Below, one piece after another: positions 19,468-29,033 of a stretch of 64,000 nt of DNA. Each line of letters opens with the position of its first letter. Within the stretch, counting starts at the first letter, position 1. A program made the translations under genes and the position numbers. Source of the DNA: Thainema sp. (lineage in GTDB: Bacteria > Cyanobacteriota > Cyanobacteriia > Phormidesmidales > Phormidesmidaceae); NCBI GenBank assembly GCA_052168235.1, contig JBQLZK010000016.1:1-64000 (forward strand). Reading direction: 5' to 3'. The notes under the pieces were generated by a model that saw nothing but the letters and a program-made list of their open reading frames with translations, did no database searches and had not been told where the DNA came from.

Positions 19468-20667
19468 ATGGTTGAACAGTTGAGACCTCGTTATTCGGCG
19501 GCTTGGATTACCCAAGTGGATGAAATTCCCAAGTCGGTTTGGGATGAGTTAGCTCTGCCGTTGAAAACGCCGTTTCTAGAATGGGAATGGCTGCACGCGA
19601 TGGAAAAGTCGAGCAGCGTAGGGGCAAAGGCAGGCTGGTTGCCGCAGCATTTGACGATATGGCGCGATCGCACTTTAGTGGCGGCGGCTCCGCTTTACGT
19701 GAAGGGGCACAGTTACGGCGAGTTTGTGTTTGATCATCAGTGGGCGGATTTGGCCCATCGATTGGGTGTGCGCTACTACCCGAAGCTGTTGGGCATGTCT
19801 CCGTTTACGCCAGCGGAGGGCTATCGGTTTTTGGTTGCGCCAGGAGAAGATGAGGAAGCGATCACTGAGCTAATGGTGGCGGAAATCGATCACTTTTGCG
19901 ATCGCAACCGGATCTCTGGCTGTAATTTTCTGTATGTCGATCCGGAGTGGCGACCGCTAATTGAGCGTCACGGCTTCACCAGTTGGCTGCACCATAGCTA
20001 CATCTGGCAGAACGACGGGTTTCAAACCTTTGATGATTACCTGGGCGCGTTTAATGCCAACCAGCGGCGCAACATCAAGCGAGAACGCAAGGCGATGAAC
20101 CGGGCCGGATTAGTCTTTGACGTACATGCAGGCGAAGATATTCCCAAGTCCCTCTTCCCGCTGATGTATCGCTTTTATGCCGACACCTGCGACAAGTTTG
20201 GCTGGTGGGGCAGTAAATATCTGACGCCGCGCTTTTTTGATCAGATTAGTCACACCTTTTGCGATCGCGTTGTGTTTGTGGCCGCCTATAACGAAGCAAC
20301 CTACGATCCAGAGCGCGGCCACCATCCCATCGGCATGTCTTTCTGTCTCCGCAAGAGCGATCAGCTCTACGGGCGCTACTGGGGTTGCGACGAGGAAATC
20401 GACAAGCTGCATTTCAACGCCTGCTATTACGAGCCGATTAACTGGGCCATTTCCCAGGGCATTCAGTCGTTTGATCCCGGTGCCGGGGGACGTCACAAGA
20501 AGCGGCGCGGCTTTCCGGCCACACCCAATCACAGCGTTCATCGCTTTTACGACCAGCGGATGAAGCAGATCTTACTGGCCTACATTCGCGAAGTGAACGA
20601 AATGGAGCAGCTGGAAATTGAGTCGATTAATGCCGATTTGCCGCTAAAGCTGCCAGTAGGCGAATAG
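19468..20667 (+). CDS. FemAB-like GNAT acyltransferase (DUF482)
   Basis: HSYGEFVFDHQWA, YYPKL, LYGRYWG, LHFNACYY, GAGGRHKKRRGF. Confidence 0.9.
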   Translation: MVEQLRPRYSAAWITQVDEIPKSVWDELALPLKTPFLEWEWLHAMEKSSSVGAKAGWLPQHLTIWRDRTLVAAAPLYVKGHSYGEFVFDHQWADLAHRLGVRYYPKLLGMSPFTPAEGYRFLVAPGEDEEAITELMVAEIDHFCDRNRISGCNFLYVDPEWRPLIERHGFTSWLHHSYIWQNDGFQTFDDYLGAFNANQRRNIKRERKAMNRAGLVFDVHAGEDIPKSLFPLMYRFYADTCDKFGWWGSKYLTPRFFDQISHTFCDRVVFVAAYNEATYDPERGHHPIGMSFCLRKSDQLYGRYWGCDEEIDKLHFNACYYEPINWAISQGIQSFDPGAGGRHKKRRGFPATPNHSVHRFYDQRMKQILLAYIREVNEMEQLEIESINADLPLKLPVGE

Positions 20668-21936
20668 TCCCAGTCGGCCAATCAGTCGTTCGTGCAGCGA
20701 CCGTCGCCGCAAGTCAATCGGCTGAATCAGATGGCTATGGGCAAAGCCCATTTTGAAAAATGTCTCAACCTGATTAAAGGTGGTCGCTTCCGCGATTGAT
20801 AGATTGAGTTCATCATTGCGAAAAAAGCTGCGAGGATCAAAATTGGCGCTGCCGATACTCACCCAGGAATCGTCGATTAGAATCACCTTGCTGTGCATCA
20901 TGCTGGGTTGATATTCATAGATGTCTACTCCCGTTTGCAGAATGCGGGGATACAGCGTACGGCAGGTGTGATGAACAAACGGCTTATCAGTGCGCGGCCC
21001 CATCGTCAGAATGCGAATATCGACGCCCCGCCGTTTGGCCGCAGCCATTTCTTCACGCGTGTTCAGATCCGGCAAAAAATAGGGACTAGCAATCCAGATC
21101 CGCTTACGGGCCGCAATAATTGCAACGTTCAGCAGCGAGCGAATGGCGGAATCCCGATAGGTGGGGTCTTCTCCCGGTGTAACAATAATGCGGGGCCGAT
21201 CGTCCAGCGAACCGTGAATTAAGTTGCGATCGCGGAAATCAAAACTGCCGTGGGTGTCTAACCAATGCTGCAAAAAAATACCGCGCAATACTGAAACCAC
21301 TTGGCCTTCTAAGCGGACTTCAAAATCCAGCCACTCTTCATCCGCCTGGCTATGGGGCACAGTGTCCCACATGTCAGAAATTCCCGCGCCACCAATCAGC
21401 GCCACTTTTTGATCCACAATCAGCAGCTTCCGGTGCGTCCGATCCAGATAATCCAGCGGAGATCGCCACTGGAAGCGATTGAAAAAGCCGACTTGTATGC
21501 CAGCATGGCGCAAACGCTGCCAATAGGAATCCGGTATGGCCTTCACACCATAGCTATCGGCCACCAGTCGGATAATGACTCCCTGCTGCGCCCGTTCAAT
21601 CAGCGCTGCTGCAAATTCGTCAGCTCGCCGCCCCGGCGTCATAAAAAATGTTTCAAATAAAATGGAATGACGCGCATCTGCGATCGCATTCAGCCGCGCT
21701 TGAAAAATCTGATCGGCTCCGACACAGAAGTGGGTAACCCTGCCGGTCGTAATCAACGAATCCGAAAGGCTAGCTAGAGTCAAGCCAAAGTTTTTAGAGG
21801 CCGGATCCGGTAAATTCTTGAGGATGTAGCGATGCTGTTGACGAAAGGCTCCGAGCAGATACAGCAGCGTCGGCACCGTAATCAAAAAGCTGACCAGCAG
21901 CACGGTTGCCGCCTGAATTAACAGATTAACAAGCAA
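20644..21936 (-). CDS. Phospholipase D family, cardiolipin synthase-like
   Basis: Two HKD motifs HRKLLIVD and HSKVILID, SPYFLP, GSANFDPRS; 24-bp tail-to-tail overlap with the GNAT gene. Confidence 0.88.
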   Translation of the reverse strand: MLVNLLIQAATVLLVSFLITVPTLLYLLGAFRQQHRYILKNLPDPASKNFGLTLASLSDSLITTGRVTHFCVGADQIFQARLNAIADARHSILFETFFMTPGRRADEFAAALIERAQQGVIIRLVADSYGVKAIPDSYWQRLRHAGIQVGFFNRFQWRSPLDYLDRTHRKLLIVDQKVALIGGAGISDMWDTVPHSQADEEWLDFEVRLEGQVVSVLRGIFLQHWLDTHGSFDFRDRNLIHGSLDDRPRIIVTPGEDPTYRDSAIRSLLNVAIIAARKRIWIASPYFLPDLNTREEMAAAKRRGVDIRILTMGPRTDKPFVHHTCRTLYPRILQTGVDIYEYQPSMMHSKVILIDDSWVSIGSANFDPRSFFRNDELNLSIAEATTFNQVETFFKMGFAHSHLIQPIDLRRRSLHERLIGRLGLFAYWQL

Positions 21937-22012
21937 TAATCCTCCTCAAATTGCTTTTCTCTGTTTGCTTTGCCTCAAAACAGCATTTATATCTGCCCAC
22001 ATTCTAAACCTC

Positions 22013-22654
22013 TTACATCCTGCTGCGCTGACTCGCCGCATATCGATATCGATACAGCAGCTCCAAGCGACCACCAAATTCTTGAATCGTCGATAGCTGA
22101 CGTAGATAGAGTCCTCGAAACAAATTGGCAAATAGCAGTGTAAAAATGGCCACGACTAAGCCAGCGGCAGTCGAAATCAGCGCTTCACTAATGCCTGCGG
22201 TGACGCCTGCGGTGCTGCTGCCGCCAACATCACCGATTCGTAAAGCTGCAAATGTGTTGATTAAGCCCAAAATCGTACCCAGCAGCCCCAGCAGCGGAGC
22301 CACACCAATTACCGTTTCAAATACCGTGCTGAATCGTTTGAGAATGGGTAGTTCAGCCTGGGCCGCACTCTCCAGCGCCAGGTTAAACTCTTCTGGCGTG
22401 GCCTGATCCAGCTCCAGCGCAGCTAAGAAAATGCGCGAAATCGGCAAATTGGCGTGCTTCTCCAGTTCAGTAAAAGCAGCTTTGGGATCGCGGGGGTACA
22501 GGTGCAGAACACTGCGAATGAGAGACGGCTGCTGGAACCCAATTTGGCCCCAAAACAATAGGCGCTCCAGCACTAGGGCCGTGACAAAAATCGAAAACCC
22601 CAGCAGGGGCCACATGACGACCCCACCTAGAGCGAGCAGGTTTGAAACAGGCAT
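22013..22654 (-). CDS. exbB: MotA/TolQ/ExbB proton-channel protein
   Basis: GGVVMWPL, APLLGLLGTILGLI, GISEALISTAAGLVVAI. Confidence 0.85.
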   Translation of the reverse strand: MPVSNLLALGGVVMWPLLGFSIFVTALVLERLLFWGQIGFQQPSLIRSVLHLYPRDPKAAFTELEKHANLPISRIFLAALELDQATPEEFNLALESAAQAELPILKRFSTVFETVIGVAPLLGLLGTILGLINTFAALRIGDVGGSSTAGVTAGISEALISTAAGLVVAIFTLLFANLFRGLYLRQLSTIQEFGGRLELLYRYRYAASQRSRM

Positions 22655-22717
22655 AGAGGTTTAGCTGTAGAGGTTGCGGAGAATCTGGAGAATTGCGATC
22701 GCACATCATTCGTACAC

Positions 22718-22884
22718 CTCACATCTTGCCCTAAAACCGCAAAAGAATGGTTAGGCCGTTGCAGTGCAACGGCCTAACCATTCTTTTGCGGTTTTTATGA
22801 CCTGTTGTTTAGTTCCATCTGTAGGGACACGGCACTGCCGTGTTCTCCCCCCAAGATTTCGCTTGATTAAATTTGCGTTTCTTA
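22718..22884. mobile_element. Composite element: family A left end, 30-bp perfect hairpin (22733-22795), family B right part with GTAG REP
   Basis: CTCACATCTTGCCCTAAAACC; AAAACCGCAAAAGAATGGTTAGGCCGTTGC-AGT-reverse complement; GTAGGGACACGGCACTGCCGTG; TGATTAAATTTGCGTTTCTTA. Confidence 0.7.
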
Positions 22885-23673
22885 CGTCTGGGGAAAGTGA
22901 TCGATCTGGGCGTACCCGCTAAACAGCAAACGCTTGCCTTGAGTCTCTAAGCGGTTAATCCGCATCATCACGCCGTCTAGATTAAAACGATCCAAATCCA
23001 CCATGCCGTTCAGGATCTTGGCAAAGGCATTCGACAAGATTTCCGAAATGCCCTGTAGATTTTCTGGCACCTCATCGGCTAGAAACTGGGGATCAGCAAA
23101 GGCAATCCGCCGCCGCCGCTCGACCTCTAACCGAGCGAGTATGCGTACTGGAACAGCCGCTTGATTTGGTAGATCAACTGTCGCATTTAACTTAATCTGC
23201 TGATCGGGCAACAGTTCAACCTGAATATTTTCAAACGAAACCGGTTCGTCTCCCGAAATTTGCGTCAGCTCTGGGTTGTCTAAGTTTTGCAAGTGCTGCG
23301 TCACGAGATCAGCCTTAAAGGCATCATTGATGGCTCGCTCAGACAAAATCACCTGTGCAACTGCTTGGGTTGGCTGACGCAGCTTGATCTTTCCTTGCAG
23401 GGCTGCACCGAAATCGATAGAAACGGCGTCTGTTTCAAACGACATTTCTTCGACTTCAAAGTCTCGGCGAATCACCAGCCCGCGCCCCTTCATGCTAAAA
23501 CTGTCGATTCCACCCTGAAGTAGCTTGCTCGATGGATAGCACCGGATGTCTACCTCTAAATCGTCACACCGACTAAAGAGGTGACGTAGGGACTGACCCG
23601 CAACTGTATTCAGCATACGCTCTCCGAAATCAGTACCCGCTGAGTTTTTGAAGCTTGTAAGGCTACCAAACAT
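22882..23673 (-). CDS. DUF2993 / LmeA-like protein
   Basis: DFGERMLN, PSSKLLQG, GLVIRRDF, MVDLDRFNLDG. Confidence 0.8.
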   Translation of the reverse strand: MFGSLTSFKNSAGTDFGERMLNTVAGQSLRHLFSRCDDLEVDIRCYPSSKLLQGGIDSFSMKGRGLVIRRDFEVEEMSFETDAVSIDFGAALQGKIKLRQPTQAVAQVILSERAINDAFKADLVTQHLQNLDNPELTQISGDEPVSFENIQVELLPDQQIKLNATVDLPNQAAVPVRILARLEVERRRRIAFADPQFLADEVPENLQGISEILSNAFAKILNGMVDLDRFNLDGVMMRINRLETQGKRLLFSGYAQIDHFPQT

Positions 23674-24098
23674 GAAGTCCCTACGATACGTTATAGTTCT
23701 GCTCTACTCACTTGTAACAAAATATGAAGCAAACGACAATTATTGATTAGAAAGACCCCGAAAATGGCATATGTCTAATGTCTGAGTTTGACGACCTGTA
23801 ATGCTCAGAATAAGCATTTGAAAAGGATTTGATAATCTTATAGTTATCATTAATTGACTCTAAAGGGCATGAGTGTCTATTTGTCAAGGATTGGTGTGAA
23901 TCAGGGATTGAAAAGGTGAAAACAGGAGAGAAAAATTGCGAGATGTAAGGGGAAGTACTGCGGTTTATAAATAGATGGGCTATGATGTCTGCCAAGATTC
24001 GGTATAAAAAGCTGAAAACTATTCGGGAATAAGCACCATAGCGTTCTCTATGTTTTCATGCCGTATCCTTCTATGCCTAGTTTGATTTGGTGAGAATC

Positions 24099-24353
24099 GT
24101 GACTATTTACGTTGGTAATCTATCATTTAGCGCAACCGAAGAAGATTTGATGGAGGTCTTCACCGAATACGGTACAGTGCGGCGCATCAGTCTTCCGGTT
24201 GATCGCGAAACAGGAAAAAAGCGTGGCTTCGCTTTTATTGAAATGGAAAGTGAAGAAAACGAAGACGCTGCCATCTCAGAACTAGACGGTGCGGAATGGC
24301 TAGGTCGTGAATTGCGAGTCAATAAGGCCAAGCCTCGCGAGTCTCGCCGTTAA
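24099..24353 (+). CDS. Single-RRM RNA-binding protein (Rbp family) without Gly-rich tail
   Basis: RNP2 IYVGNL, RNP1 RGFAFIEM, LDGAEWLGRELRVNKAKPR; GTG start 24099. Confidence 0.93.
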   Translation: MTIYVGNLSFSATEEDLMEVFTEYGTVRRISLPVDRETGKKRGFAFIEMESEENEDAAISELDGAEWLGRELRVNKAKPRESRR

Positions 24354-24470
24354 TCATCATTTCAAATGGTCATAGCCTCAACTTGCCTCTGGTGCAGGTT
24401 ATAAAATTCGCGGGCTAGCCGTTTAGTTGTGTTAATTTGAGCCCAGTATACTGTGCTGGGTTCATTTGTT

Positions 24471-26030
24471 ATGCAAAGTTTCCGGTATCTGCCGATTGCG
24501 ATCGCAGTTTTTGTGATCGTCATTCTGATGATCATTGCGATTGGCTTTCTGGCAGGCATCTACGCCGATATTGCCCTGATTTCGCCGCTGTTAGCGAGGG
24601 TGCTGCTGGTTGTTTTGCTGCTGGCTTTAGCGGCTGCGATCGCAGGTTTGGGCTACTACGGTTACTTATTTCTGCGCCCCAGGCGGCGGCGCTGGCGGCA
24701 ACCTGTCCCTCGCAATAAGGCCGAAGCCGCAGATGCCACGCTGCAAGCGCTACAGCAACAAGCCGAGCAGATTCAGGATGAAGTGGCTCGGCAGGCAATG
24801 CTACAGCGGTCAAGCCAGCTGGCGGCAGATTTTTCCCAGCGAGATCTCCGCATCGTCCTATTTGGCGCGGGTTCTGTCGGTAAGACTTCGATTGTGAATG
24901 CGATTATGGGCGCGTTTGTTGGTCAGGTTGGCGCACCGATGGGCACAACGCAGACCGAAGCCACCTATCGGCTCCAGCTCAGCGGCCTGCGGCGAGACAT
25001 TCAGCTCGTCGATACAGCCGGGTTATTTGAGGCTGCGATCGCAGGTGCAGACCGAGCTAATCAAGCGCGGGAATTAGCTATTTCAGCCGATTTGATTTTA
25101 TTTGTGGTCGATAACGACCTGCGCCAGTCGGAATTTGTGCTGCTGGAGCAGTTAGCAACACTGGGTAAGCGCCTGCTGCTAGTGTTTAACAAGATGGATT
25201 TATATCCCGAAGCGGAGCAGCAGCAGATTATAGCTCAGCTTCAGCGGCGATTGAGCAAGCTAATTGCGCCCCAGGATGTAATTGCGATCGCGGCTGATCC
25301 GCCAATCGTTTCTATCAGCCAAAATGAAGTCTTCCAGCCGGAACCGATTATTGAACCGCTGCTGCGCCGCATGTCGGCAGTTCTACGTTCCGAGGGCGAG
25401 GATCTGGTGGCCGATAATCTCCTGCTCCAGTCTAAGCAGCTAGGCGAACAGGCGCGACAGCTCATTGCTCAGCAGCGCCAGCAGCAGGCCGATCAGGTGA
25501 TTGATCGCTATCAGTGGATTGGCGCGGGGGTCGTCGCCGTTACGCCATTACCCGGTGTGGATTTGCTGGCGACGGCGGCCATTAATGCCCAGATGGTGGT
25601 CGAACTGGGCCGTATTTATGGCTGCGAGATGGACATTGAACGGGGTCGAGAATTGGCCCTGTCGCTGGCGAAAACCTTGGGCAGCCTTGGTATCGTCAAA
25701 GGTGCTTTACAGCTGTTGACGGTGGGCTTACAGACCAATGTGGCCACTTTGGTAGTGGGTCGTAGCATTCAAGGTGTGACTGCGGCTTACCTGATTCGCA
25801 TCGCGGGCAAAAGCTTTGTGGAATATTTCCAGCGCGATCAGGACTGGGGCGATGGTGGCATGTCCGACGTGGTGCAGCGGCAGTTTCAGCTCAATCGGCG
25901 GGATGAACTCGTCAAAGCGTTTCTCCAAGATGCGATCGCACGGGTTGTCACTCCCATTGCTGAATCGCTCCAGCGCCAGCCTGATTCACAGCCCGGTTCA
26001 CAGACAGATTTACAGCAGCGGGGGGAATGA
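24471..26030 (+). CDS. Membrane-anchored GTPase with DUF697/YcjF domain
   Basis: Two TM helices, GAGSVGKT, DTAG, NKMD, TPLPGVDLL; start set to ATG 24471. Confidence 0.88.
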   Translation: MQSFRYLPIAIAVFVIVILMIIAIGFLAGIYADIALISPLLARVLLVVLLLALAAAIAGLGYYGYLFLRPRRRRWRQPVPRNKAEAADATLQALQQQAEQIQDEVARQAMLQRSSQLAADFSQRDLRIVLFGAGSVGKTSIVNAIMGAFVGQVGAPMGTTQTEATYRLQLSGLRRDIQLVDTAGLFEAAIAGADRANQARELAISADLILFVVDNDLRQSEFVLLEQLATLGKRLLLVFNKMDLYPEAEQQQIIAQLQRRLSKLIAPQDVIAIAADPPIVSISQNEVFQPEPIIEPLLRRMSAVLRSEGEDLVADNLLLQSKQLGEQARQLIAQQRQQQADQVIDRYQWIGAGVVAVTPLPGVDLLATAAINAQMVVELGRIYGCEMDIERGRELALSLAKTLGSLGIVKGALQLLTVGLQTNVATLVVGRSIQGVTAAYLIRIAGKSFVEYFQRDQDWGDGGMSDVVQRQFQLNRRDELVKAFLQDAIARVVTPIAESLQRQPDSQPGSQTDLQQRGE

Positions 26031-26163
26031 TCAGTAAATCATCAATCGGAGCGGGTTTCATTTCACCTCGGAAATCCAGCAGTTGCACGACCAACAGGTA
26101 AAGGATGGCTAGCAGAATGGAAATAGCGCCAGTAACGACAGCAACCAGTTTTGAGCGATTCAT
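25948..26163 (-). CDS. Small conserved cyanobacterial membrane protein
   Basis: MNRSKLVAVVTGAISILLAILYLLVVQLLDFRGEMKPAP; AAGGA upstream. Confidence 0.7.
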   Translation of the reverse strand: MNRSKLVAVVTGAISILLAILYLLVVQLLDFRGEMKPAPIDDLLIIPPAAVNLSVNRAVNQAGAGAIQQWE

Positions 26164-26329
26164 TGAGTTAGTCCTTCAGTCCAATCTTGAATAGTTTTCA
26201 GCGGTATCGGTTGTTTGGGGTAGGCTTACCGACACCTCCAACAATCGCAACCTAAATACCGCTATCTAATCTTTAATAGAATAGAGCGTGATCAGTCGGT
26301 CTTTGACTGCTAACGCAGATTTGACGGCT

Positions 26330-26434
26330 TAAGTAGCAGTACATAAATAAATGCATATCTTAAAAACCGGGGGCGCATCCCTCCGGAGTTCTCCCTCGGT
26401 TTTTTAGATGAGTTTATCTATGCCAACCTACTTA
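26330..26434 (+). mobile_element. MITE-like element family D, copy 1 (hairpin decayed)
   Basis: TAAGTAG...TATGCCAACCTACTTA ends; homologous to 55501-55604. Confidence 0.8.
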
Positions 26435-26482
26435 CACGTAATATAGCGGTTGCAACCAGTTGATTCAGAACTAGAACTGAGC

Positions 26483-27472
26483 ATGACAGTTGATGCATCT
26501 CTCCCAAACGAATCAAACGACGAGCCAATGGCGGCACCTCCCGTGGTCGTCCAAACTCAAGGATTACGCAAGGACTATCGGACGGGGTTCTTTCTCAATA
26601 AAAAGCTGACGCCATTAAAAAACTGCTCCCTAGAGGTTTATCAGGGGGAAACATTTGGCCTGCTCGGCCCCAATGGAGCGGGTAAAACGACCCTGCTGAA
26701 AACGCTATTGGGTATCGTGCGCCCAACCAAAGGAGAGGGAAAACTGCTGGGCGAACCCCTCGGCAATCGTCACGTCAAGAGTCGGATCGGCTATTTGCCA
26801 GAAAACGCTTATTTCTACGACTATCTAACAGGCTGGGAGTTTTTGCAGTATACGGCGGGGCTGTTCGGCATTCCTCGGTCGGTACAAAAGAAGCGGATTC
26901 CTGAACTGCTGGATTTGGTAGGGCTCGCTCGTTCCACCGCCACCAAGAAGCAGCTACGGCAGTATTCCAAAGGAATGCTCCAGCGGGTTGGCATGGCGCA
27001 AGCGCTAATTAATAACCCTGACTTGGTCTTTCTGGATGAACCGATGTCCGGCCTTGACCCGATGGGTCGCTACCAAATTCGCGAAATTATCCTGTCGCTG
27101 AAAGCCCAGGGCAAAACAATTTTCTTTAACAGCCACGTTTTGTCTGACGTGGAAATGATCTGCGATCGCATTGCCATCTTGGCGCAGGGTGAACTGATTT
27201 GCGTTGGTTCGCTGGATGAACTGCTCGGCACACCGACGGCCTATCAGGTACAGGGACGAGGCGGCAGTCTGGACGTGCTCAAAAAGTGGCTGACCAGCCT
27301 AGAGTTTCAGGACGGCTACTGGAAAGGTCAATTGGAGGCTAATCCCTACGATTTTCTCTCCAGTCTGCGGCTGATGGGCGGCAAGGTCACGTCACTGAGT
27401 CTGACGCGCCCCTCGCTGGAAGAGTTCTTTATGCAACAGCTCCGGCAGCGCAATATTACTGTCAGTCAATAG
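26483..27472 (+). CDS. ABC transporter ATP-binding protein
   Basis: GPNGAGKT, YSKGM, FLDEP, NSH; start uncertain (ATG 26483 chosen). Confidence 0.93.
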   Translation: MTVDASLPNESNDEPMAAPPVVVQTQGLRKDYRTGFFLNKKLTPLKNCSLEVYQGETFGLLGPNGAGKTTLLKTLLGIVRPTKGEGKLLGEPLGNRHVKSRIGYLPENAYFYDYLTGWEFLQYTAGLFGIPRSVQKKRIPELLDLVGLARSTATKKQLRQYSKGMLQRVGMAQALINNPDLVFLDEPMSGLDPMGRYQIREIILSLKAQGKTIFFNSHVLSDVEMICDRIAILAQGELICVGSLDELLGTPTAYQVQGRGGSLDVLKKWLTSLEFQDGYWKGQLEANPYDFLSSLRLMGGKVTSLSLTRPSLEEFFMQQLRQRNITVSQ

Positions 27473-27560
27473 ACTTTAATTGGAAATAAAGTTTTTGGGG
27501 TTGGAAACTGTTTTGTAGCGCGGTGAAGCCGCGCTACAAAACAGTTTCCGATAAAGTCTA
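27470..27560. mobile_element. TA-flanked hairpin element starting in the ABC gene stop codon
   Basis: TAGACTTTA...TAAAGTCTA ends; 21-bp arms GGAAACTGTTTTGTAGCGCGG (27503-27549). Confidence 0.65.
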
Positions 27561-27599
27561 ATAGTCAGCCACTAGCCAGCCAATAACGACCGATTCGGA

Positions 27600-28004
27600 A
27601 TGACTGATTCCCAACCAGTTCAACCGCTCACACCAGAAGGGATTCGCGCAACACTAGAGCACATTCAGGCTCAGCAATCTTCGGATTCGCCGCCTGTTGA
27701 TCAGCAGGCACTGCACATTTATCAGCGGCTAATGGAAATCTACAGCGTTGTCTGCGTGGGCGGGGTTGAGGCTCAAATTGAGGCAACTCAGCACAGCCAG
27801 CAGCGCCAAATTCAAATTCTGCAAGTCGAAGCCGATCCCAACTGCCCCCAGCTTTTGCAGCAGGAACTAGCCGATTTAGAACGAGCCACCCACTGGCGAA
27901 TTCAGCAGCTCCGGCACATTTCACCCGCCGATGAAGCAGCCGTTCGTGCGTGCTTGCCAGATATCGAAGCATTTATCGCTGACTTAACTTCATCAAAAGC
28001 GTAA
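27600..28004 (+). CDS. Hypothetical protein
   Basis: 134-aa ATG ORF filling the gap, helical composition. Confidence 0.65.
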   Translation: MTDSQPVQPLTPEGIRATLEHIQAQQSSDSPPVDQQALHIYQRLMEIYSVVCVGGVEAQIEATQHSQQRQIQILQVEADPNCPQLLQQELADLERATHWRIQQLRHISPADEAAVRACLPDIEAFIADLTSSKA

Positions 28005-28084
28005 TTCTGACCATTTCCGAGTTTTGAAGCTTTATCCTAAACATATTAGTTCAATCATTATTCAAAACACCCTCAGTTAGCTGT

Positions 28085-28297
28085 ATGAGAACGTTTACTG
28101 CAATTGTGGAGCGAGATCCAGACACCAAACTCTATGTTGGTTATGTTCCAGGATTTCCAGGAGCACATTCACAAGGAGAAACTCTGGATGAACTACAGGA
28201 GAATATTCGTGAAGTTATTGAAATGCTTTTAGAGGATGAAGAAACCCTGGCTTTCGAAACAGAATTTATTGGAACACAGCAAATTGTAGTTCAGTAG
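28085..28297 (+). CDS. hicB: Short HicB antitoxin without DNA-binding domain
   Basis: YVGYVPGFPGAHSQGETLDELQENIREVIEM. Confidence 0.88.
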   Translation: MRTFTAIVERDPDTKLYVGYVPGFPGAHSQGETLDELQENIREVIEMLLEDEETLAFETEFIGTQQIVVQ

Positions 28298-28300
28298 GTT

Positions 28301-28525
28301 ATGGGCAGTATTCCAGTTCTGAAACCGAATGAGATTGTCCGCATCCTGGAAAACCTTGGGTTTACCGAAGTACGGCAGAAAGGCTCCCATAAGCAGTTTC
28401 GGCATGAAGATGGTAGAGGAACAACTGTTCCATTTCACAAAGGTCGTGATATTTCACCCAGATTGCTACGACAGATTGCCAGTGATATTGAGTTAACGGT
28501 TGAAGAGATGCTTGAAGCAAGGTGA
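28301..28525 (+). CDS. hicA: HicA mRNA interferase toxin
   Basis: [31 protein letters not shown]. Confidence 0.9.
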   Translation: MGSIPVLKPNEIVRILENLGFTEVRQKGSHKQFRHEDGRGTTVPFHKGRDISPRLLRQIASDIELTVEEMLEAR

Positions 28526-28585
28526 AATTGACTGTCAACTGTATGATGGATGTATCGTTAAACCTGCGATCGCACCTCATTCGCC

Positions 28586-28816
28586 ATGACTCACTCTTCC
28601 GATTCGCCTAATCCTTCCAACCTGCCTAACACTACCCCAGACATTGACTTCGCCGCCTATGTGAACAACGCAGCACCGATGCTGGGATTTGAGCTAACGC
28701 CGGAAATGCAGCAGAGCGTGGTTGATAATCTAGAGCGCATTTATCCAATTGCTCAGTTGGTCAACGAGTTTCCACTACCGTCTGATCTAGAAGCAGCCCC
28801 CCAGTTTGAGCCATAA
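28586..28816 (+). CDS. AtzG/HpxX-like small amidase partner (DUF4089)
   Basis: AYV...LGFEL...VVDNLERI...FPLP...EAAPQFEP, directly upstream of an AtzE-family amidase. Confidence 0.8.
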   Translation: MTHSSDSPNPSNLPNTTPDIDFAAYVNNAAPMLGFELTPEMQQSVVDNLERIYPIAQLVNEFPLPSDLEAAPQFEP

Positions 28817-28875
28817 TTTAAGCTTGGTTTCTCGTCCGTGAGAGGGAATGGGTTTACAGGCGCTGAGCGCCTGTA

Positions 28876-28978
28876 ATATCAGATTTGGTTGAAAATCCAT
28901 AACTTAATTTTTTGTGAAACGGTTGCTCCGCAATCGTTTCACAAAAATAAATTGGGTTCTTATACACAGACTTGATAT
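28876..28978. mobile_element. MITE-like element family E between atzG-like and atzE-like genes
   Basis: TTTTTGTGAAACGGTTGC-TCC-GCAATCGTTTCACAAAAA; end GGTTCTTATACACAGACTTGATA; abuts small hairpin TTACAGGCGC-TGA-GCGCCTGTAA. Confidence 0.6.
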
Positions 28979-29033
28979 AAACTCATTCCCTCTCACAGAT
29001 TCATCTCTGCTGTTTACCTCCTGTCAGGTTGTT

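Noticed and set aside
21946..22131. exbD candidate after exbB
   Set aside because: No ExbD TM with conserved Asp (INIVPMIDV-type motif absent)
23981..24098. Cold-shock-type conserved leader boxes before the RRM gene
   Set aside because: TTCGG motifs and a TATGAT box are present but too short to support a call by eye, and the protein lacks the Gly-rich tail
28914..29033. N-terminal extension of the amidase in the ORF track
   Set aside because: Runs through a hairpin element; the recognisable amidase begins at ATG 29034
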